A stretch of 32,000 bases of DNA. It comes from Halalkalibacterium halodurans (lineage in GTDB: Bacteria > Bacillota > Bacilli > Bacillales > Bacillaceae_D). Under the pieces are notes generated by a model. It was given only the letters and a program-made list of their open reading frames with translations. It made no database searches and was not told where the DNA came from. The stretch spans positions 5,279-37,278 of the forward strand of contig NZ_SNUY01000040.1 of assembly GCF_004376175.1 (NCBI RefSeq), in the 5' to 3' direction. Position 1 is the first letter of the stretch. Every line of letters starts with the position of its first letter. Shown here one piece after another: positions 26,673 to 32,000 of the stretch. A program made the translations under genes and the position numbers.

Positions 26673-27977
26673 ATGGATCGCTACTTTGGATTCAAAGAGC
26701 ATGGCACGACCTATGGCCGTGAATCAATTGCCGGTTTGACGACGTTTTTATCAATGGCCTACATCCTGTTTGTGAACCCACTTATTTTAGGTGACGCTGG
26801 CATGGATGTCCAAGCGGTGTTCATGGCGACTGCGCTAGCTGCAGCTATTGGAACCCTCATAATGGGGATCCTTGCTAAATACCCGATTGCGTTAGCTCCT
26901 GGAATGGGATTAAATGCATTTTTTGCGTATTCTGTTGTCATTGGAATGGGAATTGACTGGCAACTTGCCTTGTTCGGTGTTTTTGTTTCGGGAATTATTT
27001 TTATTCTTATTACAGTCTTTAAAATTCGTGAAGTGATCATTAACGCCATTCCGGCAGAATTGAAAAATGCTGCTGCCGCAGGTATCGGATTGTTTATTGC
27101 GTTTATTGGATTAAAAAATGCAGGCATTGTCGTTAGCGATGAAGCGACCGCGGTATCTTTAGGGCATATTCTCAACGGCCCGACGCTGTTGGCTTGCTTC
27201 GGTTTAATTGTAACGGTTCTTTTCATGGTAAGAGGCATTCAAGGTGGTATTTTTTACGGAATGATCCTTACGGCGATTGTTGGGCTGATTTCTGGGATCA
27301 TTACGTATACAGGTGGGGGAATTGTCAGTACTCCGCCGAGTTTAGCACCAACGTTCGGACAAGCCTTCAACATTCAGATGACTGATGTGTTCTCCGTTCA
27401 ATTTTTGATCGTCGTGTTAACATTCTTGTTCGTTGACTTTTTCGACACAGCGGGTACTCTTTATGGAGTTGCCAACCAAGCGGGCTTTATTAAAGATAAT
27501 AAGCTCCCTCGGGCAGGTAAAGCATTGCTTGCGGACTCAAGCGCAACTTCCATTGGAGCAATCTTAGGAACGTCAACAACAACGGCCTACATTGAATCAT
27601 CCGCAGGTGTTGCCGCCGGAGGACGTACAGGATTCGCTTCCATTGTCACAGCTGGATTGTTCGTCCTTGCCATGTTCTTTTCACCATTGTTGTCCGTAGT
27701 TACGGAACAAGTTACGGCAGCGGCTCTTATTGTTGTCGGAATTTTGATGGCTTCTTCTTTACGGTTTATTGAGTGGACTAAACTCGAAATTGCGATCCCG
27801 TCATTTTTAACGGTGGTTGCCATGCCGCTTACGTACAGCATTGCAACAGGGATTGCATTTGGCTTTCTATTCTATCCGATCACGATGATTGTCAAGGGAC
27901 GCGGGAAAGAAGTTCATCCGATTATGTATGCACTGTTCTTTGTGTTCTTAGCCTATTTCATCTTCCTTTCAGAGTAG
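26673..27977 (+). CDS. pbuG: Hypoxanthine/guanine permease (NCS2/AzgA family)
   Basis: The SD is AAGGAGAGG. The N-terminus MDRYFGFKEHGTTYGRESIAGLTTFLSMAYILFVNP is close to B. subtilis PbuG. The 434-aa protein is polytopic. Confidence 0.9.
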   Translation: MDRYFGFKEHGTTYGRESIAGLTTFLSMAYILFVNPLILGDAGMDVQAVFMATALAAAIGTLIMGILAKYPIALAPGMGLNAFFAYSVVIGMGIDWQLALFGVFVSGIIFILITVFKIREVIINAIPAELKNAAAAGIGLFIAFIGLKNAGIVVSDEATAVSLGHILNGPTLLACFGLIVTVLFMVRGIQGGIFYGMILTAIVGLISGIITYTGGGIVSTPPSLAPTFGQAFNIQMTDVFSVQFLIVVLTFLFVDFFDTAGTLYGVANQAGFIKDNKLPRAGKALLADSSATSIGAILGTSTTTAYIESSAGVAAGGRTGFASIVTAGLFVLAMFFSPLLSVVTEQVTAAALIVVGILMASSLRFIEWTKLEIAIPSFLTVVAMPLTYSIATGIAFGFLFYPITMIVKGRGKEVHPIMYALFFVFLAYFIFLSE

Positions 27978-27989
27978 GTGTTCTTATTT

Positions 27990-28027
27990 AAGCTGGATTC
28001 GTTTAGGCGGGTCCGGCTTTTTGTTTT
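27990..28027 (+). terminator. Intrinsic terminator of pbuG
   Basis: AAGCTGGAT pairs with GTCCGGCTT (two G-U pairs), followed by TTTTGTTTT. Confidence 0.6.
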
Positions 28028-28297
28028 CAATCAAAGTAAGTGAATAATTAAGTGACGTCGATTAAAATAGGAAGTAGCAAATTGTAATTTCATTACCGTT
28101 GTCAACAGGGGCTGTATAAAAAATATTACTATCGAACGCAAGGAGCAATTTTACTTCAAGAGTGGGTTTCTTCAAGTGAGTTCCTATTGAATGTAAAAAA
28201 TAGAAAGTGATAAAACCAATTTGACTTATCGGAATAATGTAGTACGATGGAATTATTAAATTTAAAAAAGATTTTGTCATTTGTGAGGTGGATATCG

Positions 28298-30121
28298 TTG
28301 CAACTTCAGGTAATGAACAGTCCTTTTAACGAGGAGCAGGTAGAACTCCTCAACCGCCTTTTACCAACCTTGAATGCGTCTCAAAAGGCTTGGCTAAGCG
28401 GTTATTTGACAGCTATTCAATCTGCCGATACTGCAACAGTGCTAGAAGCGGTACCAGCAGCGGCTCCGGCGGCAAATACAGCCCAGCCTGTATCTAAGGA
28501 AGTGACCATTCTTTTTGGCTCACAAACAGGAAATGCCCAGGGACTTGCCGAAAATGCGGGAAAGACGCTCAAAGAACAAGGTTTTCAAGTAACCGTCTCA
28601 TCGATGAGCGACTTTAAACCGAACCAATTGAAAAAATTAAAAAATCTGCTTATCGTCGTTAGCACACATGGCGAAGGCGATCCGCCAGATAACGCGCTAT
28701 CATTCCATGAATTCCTCCATGGGAGACGGGCTCCGAAGCTTGAGGATCTCCGTTATTCTGTGTTGGCTCTTGGCGACACCTCCTATGAGTTTTTCTGTAA
28801 AACGGGAAAAGATTTCGATCAGCGCCTTGAAGCTCTTGGGGCTACTAGACTTCAACCGTGTGTTGAATGTGACCTTGATTTTGAAGAACCAGCTGCGAAA
28901 TGGCTTGAAGGTGTTATCGCCAGTCTAAGTGAAGGTCAGGGTCAGACTGTGCCTGCTCAGCCGGCAGCTCCTGAAGCCAAAGCAGTGGAGACGGTGTATT
29001 CAAGAAAAAATCCGTTCCGAGCAGAAGTATTGGAAAACATTAATTTAAATGGGCGGGGATCAAACAAGGAAACACGACACCTTGAATTGTCCCTTGAAGG
29101 CTCAGGTTTAACGTATGAACCAGGTGACGCGCTCGGCATCTTCCCTGAAAATGACCCTGAACTTGTCGATCTGTTACTTAATGAACTGAAGTGGGATGCA
29201 AACGAAGTCGTCGCAGTAGACAAGCAAGGAGAAAGGTTGCCACTTAAAGAAGCGCTAACTTCCTACTTTGAAATTACGGTGTTAACGAAAAAGTTAATTC
29301 AACAGGCAGCTGAGCTTTTGGATAATGAAAAGCTACGCGCTCTTACGGCTTCAGAAAATGCCCAGCAATTAAAAGCGTATATTGATGGACGCGACTTGGT
29401 TGATTTCGTCCGAGACTTCGGCCCGATCAATGCATCTCCGCAGGAGTTTGTTTCCATTCTTCGGAAAATGCCACCGCGCCTCTATTCAATTGCCAGCAGC
29501 ATTGCAGCGAATCCAGAGGAAGTGCATTTGACAATTGGGGCGGTTCGCTATCATGCTCACGGCAGAGATCGAAAAGGGGTCTGCTCGATCTTATGTGCAG
29601 AACGCCTTCAGCCTGGCGATACGGTGCCGATGTTCATTCAGCCGAACAAGAACTTTAAGCTACCAGAAAGTCCAGAAACACCAATTATCATGGTCGGACC
29701 AGGTACGGGTGTGGCACCATTCCGATCCTTTATGCAGGAACGAGAAGAAGCGGGAGCTACAGGAAAGTCATGGATGTTCTTTGGTGACCAGCATTTCGTT
29801 ACCGACTTCCTTTATCAGACAGAGTGGCAAAAGTGGTTAAAAGACGGAGTGTTGACAAGAATGGATGTCGCCTTCTCTCGTGACACTGAAGAAAAAGTGT
29901 ATGTACAGCATCGCATGCTCGAGCATAGCAAAGAGCTGTATAAGTGGCTTGAAGAAGGGGCGGTATTCTACGTTTGTGGTGATAAGACAAACATGGCAAA
30001 AGATGTTCAGGAGGCCCTGCTTGAAATTATTGAAAAAGAAGGCGGCAAGAGCCGTGAGGAAGCAGAAGCGTATTTAGCAGAAATGAAGAAGCAAAAACGT
30101 TATCAGCGTGATGTGTATTGA
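28298..30121 (+). CDS. cysJ: Assimilatory sulfite reductase (NADPH) flavoprotein alpha subunit
   Basis: I start at TTG 28298 (GAGGTGG lies 7 nt upstream), which gives MQLQVMNSPFNEEQVELLNRLLP.. and matches the B. subtilis CysJ N-terminus as I recall it. The motifs are flavodoxin TILFGSQTGNAQ, FAD RLYSIASS and NADPH GPGTGVAPFRSF. Confidence 0.93.
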   Translation: MQLQVMNSPFNEEQVELLNRLLPTLNASQKAWLSGYLTAIQSADTATVLEAVPAAAPAANTAQPVSKEVTILFGSQTGNAQGLAENAGKTLKEQGFQVTVSSMSDFKPNQLKKLKNLLIVVSTHGEGDPPDNALSFHEFLHGRRAPKLEDLRYSVLALGDTSYEFFCKTGKDFDQRLEALGATRLQPCVECDLDFEEPAAKWLEGVIASLSEGQGQTVPAQPAAPEAKAVETVYSRKNPFRAEVLENINLNGRGSNKETRHLELSLEGSGLTYEPGDALGIFPENDPELVDLLLNELKWDANEVVAVDKQGERLPLKEALTSYFEITVLTKKLIQQAAELLDNEKLRALTASENAQQLKAYIDGRDLVDFVRDFGPINASPQEFVSILRKMPPRLYSIASSIAANPEEVHLTIGAVRYHAHGRDRKGVCSILCAERLQPGDTVPMFIQPNKNFKLPESPETPIIMVGPGTGVAPFRSFMQEREEAGATGKSWMFFGDQHFVTDFLYQTEWQKWLKDGVLTRMDVAFSRDTEEKVYVQHRMLEHSKELYKWLEEGAVFYVCGDKTNMAKDVQEALLEIIEKEGGKSREEAEAYLAEMKKQKRYQRDVY

Positions 30122-30149
30122 TTTTGATTGAAAGGAGTTTTTTTACAAC

Positions 30150-31868
30150 ATGGGGAACGAAAGATTAAAAGCACCAGAAGGTCCACCGAGTGATGTAGAG
30201 CGCATAAAAGAAGAAAGTAATTATTTGCGCGGCACGCTGAAGGAATCAATGCTCGAGCCGATTAGTGCCGGAATATCCGATGATGATAACCGGTTGATGA
30301 AACATCACGGTAGTTATTTGCAAGATGACCGAGACCTTCGCAATGAGCGGCAAAAACAAAAGCTCGAACCGGCGTACCAGTTCATGTTGCGTGTTCGGAT
30401 GCCGGGCGGAGTGGCAACGCCTGAACAGTGGCTTGTCATGGATGAACTTGCTCAGAAATATGGAAATGGCACTATGAAGCTAACAACAAGAGAAACGTTT
30501 CAATTGCATGGCATTTTAAAGTGGAACATGAAAAAAACGATTCAGGCCATCCACTCAGCTTTGTTGGATACAATCGCGGCATGTGGTGATGTGAACCGAA
30601 ATGTCATGTGTACCTCAAATCCGTATCAATCGGAGATCCATCAGGAAGTATATGAATGGTCAAAGAAATTGAGTGATGATTTGCTTCCGCGTACACGCGC
30701 GTACCATGAAATTTGGCTTGATGAAGAAAAAGTGGCAGGCACGCCAGAAGCAGAAGAAGTTGAACCGATGTACGGACCGCTTTATCTTCCTCGGAAATTC
30801 AAAATTGGTATTGCAGTTCCACCATCCAATGACATTGACGTCTTTTCTCAAGATCTCGGCTTTATCGCGATTGTGGAAGATGACAAGCTTGTCGGTTTCA
30901 ATGTGGCGATTGGCGGCGGTATGGGGATGACGCACGGGGATAAAGCGACATACCCGCAGCTCGCTAAAGTGATTGGCTTCTGTAAACCTGAACAAATATA
31001 CGATGTCGCGGAAAAAATTATTACGATTCAGCGTGATTACGGTAATCGCTCGGTTCGAAAAAATGCCCGTTTCAAGTATACGGTAGACCGTCTCGGTTTA
31101 GAGACCGTCAAGAATGAGCTGGAAAACCGCCTTGGCTGGAGCCTTGATGAGGCGAAGCCGTATCATTTCGATCATAACGGCGACCGCTATGGCTGGGTCA
31201 AAGGTGTGAAAGGAAGATGGCACTTTACATTATTTGTGGAGGGCGGTCGTGTCACTGATTATGCAGATTACAAATTAATGACCGGCTTGCGCGAGATCGC
31301 GAAAATCCATACTGGTGATATTCGCCTCACGTCCAACCAAAACTTGATTATTGCTAATGTTACTAGCCAGAAGAAGAAAAAGATCAATGAGCTAATCGAG
31401 CAGTACGGTCTGACGGACGGTAAGCATTATACAGCACTCCGTCGCAGCTCGATTGCCTGTGTTGCGCTTCCGACATGCGGACTGGCAATGGCGGAAGCAG
31501 AGCGGTATTTGCCGAAGCTAATCGACAAAATTGACGAAATCATCGAAGAAAACGGCCTGAAGAATGAAGAGATTACGATCCGTATGACAGGGTGCCCGAA
31601 CGGCTGTGCCCGCCATGCGCTAGGCGAAATTGGCTTTATTGGAAAAGCGCCGGGTAAGTACAATATGTACCTTGGAGCTGCTTTTGATGGCAGCCGTCTA
31701 AGTAAAATGTACCGTGAAAATATTGGAGAAGAAGAAATTTTAAAAGAACTTCGCGAAATTCTCCCACGTTATGCGAAAGAGCGTAAAGAAGGGGAGCATT
31801 TTGGAGATTTTGTCATCCGAGCTGGAATCATCAAAGAAACGACGGATGGAACAAATTTTCATGATTAA
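30150..31868 (+). CDS. cysI: Assimilatory sulfite reductase hemoprotein beta subunit
   Basis: The siroheme/4Fe-4S cysteine clusters are [13 protein letters not shown] and [10 protein letters not shown]. The 572-aa protein has the SD AAAGGAG. Confidence 0.95.
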
Positions 31869-31895
31869 AATAACCTGAATCCGTGATGAAATCAT

Positions 31896-31926
31896 TTCCA
31901 ACATTGCCTCCAAAGCCTGTTATAAT
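31896..31926 (+). promoter_or_regulatory. Candidate extended -10 promoter for a gene beyond the window end
   Basis: TGtTATAAT lies at 31918-31926. A weak -35-like TTCCAA at 31896-31901 leaves a long 19-nt spacer. Confidence 0.3.
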
Positions 31927-32000
31927 AATGTTATCAGCTGATTTATGTTGATAATTTTATTTCACCAGGCAGGTGTAGAAATTGGTTAAGTTTATATTAG

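Noticed and set aside
26426-26722. 98-aa ORF in the track
   Set aside because: It is read straight through the pbuG promoter, the guanine riboswitch and the terminator, so the RNA element explains the region.
26759-27238. 159-aa reverse-strand ORF
   Set aside because: It is a shadow ORF antisense to pbuG.
28062-28280. 72-aa reverse-strand ORF in the cysJ upstream region
   Set aside because: It lies in AT-rich intergenic DNA. The Ile/Phe/Tyr/Leu-rich translation is what AT-rich sequence is expected to give. It has no SD and runs antisense to the cysJ leader.

Overview
This 32-kb window looks like chromosomal DNA from a Bacillaceae organism. Its GC content is about 44% by eye. The proteins resemble those of Bacillus subtilis and alkaliphilic Bacillus species. 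The gene order yeaC-yeaD-yebA-guaA-pbuG matches B. subtilis as I recall it. Coding density is high, and almost every gene after position 6800 lies on the + strand.

Gene content in order:
- the 3' part of a peptide/nickel-type ABC importer (two permeases and two ATPases)
- a doubtful 62-aa membrane ORF and an orphan 294-aa protein
- a PadR-regulator/ChrA chromate-efflux pair with a striking overlapping-palindrome operator
- an unannotated 36-aa ORF with a very strong SD
- a PNPOx-family flavoprotein
- a GH1 6-phospho-beta-glucosidase
- ktrAB behind a ydaO/yuaA-type c-di-AMP riboswitch
- a secreted PKD-like protein followed by a MacB-type ATPase and an 823-aa double-FtsX permease
- a TAXI-type TRAP transporter
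- a secreted GH5 cellulase
- a MoxR / DUF58 / transglutaminase-like membrane protein triad
- guaA and pbuG, each behind its own guanine riboswitch
- cysJI (assimilatory sulfite reductase)

I saw no rRNA, tRNA, CRISPR array, transposase, integrase or phage gene.

Nothing here can be shown from sequence alone to be a new system. The best candidates for uncharacterised biology are:
- the secreted-protein / ABC / double-FtsX unit (10838-14503)
- the MoxR-DUF58-transglutaminase triad (20234-24558)
- the small-ORF locus at 5915-6120

All coordinates and motifs were read by eye. Family assignments rest on remembered motifs, not on searches.
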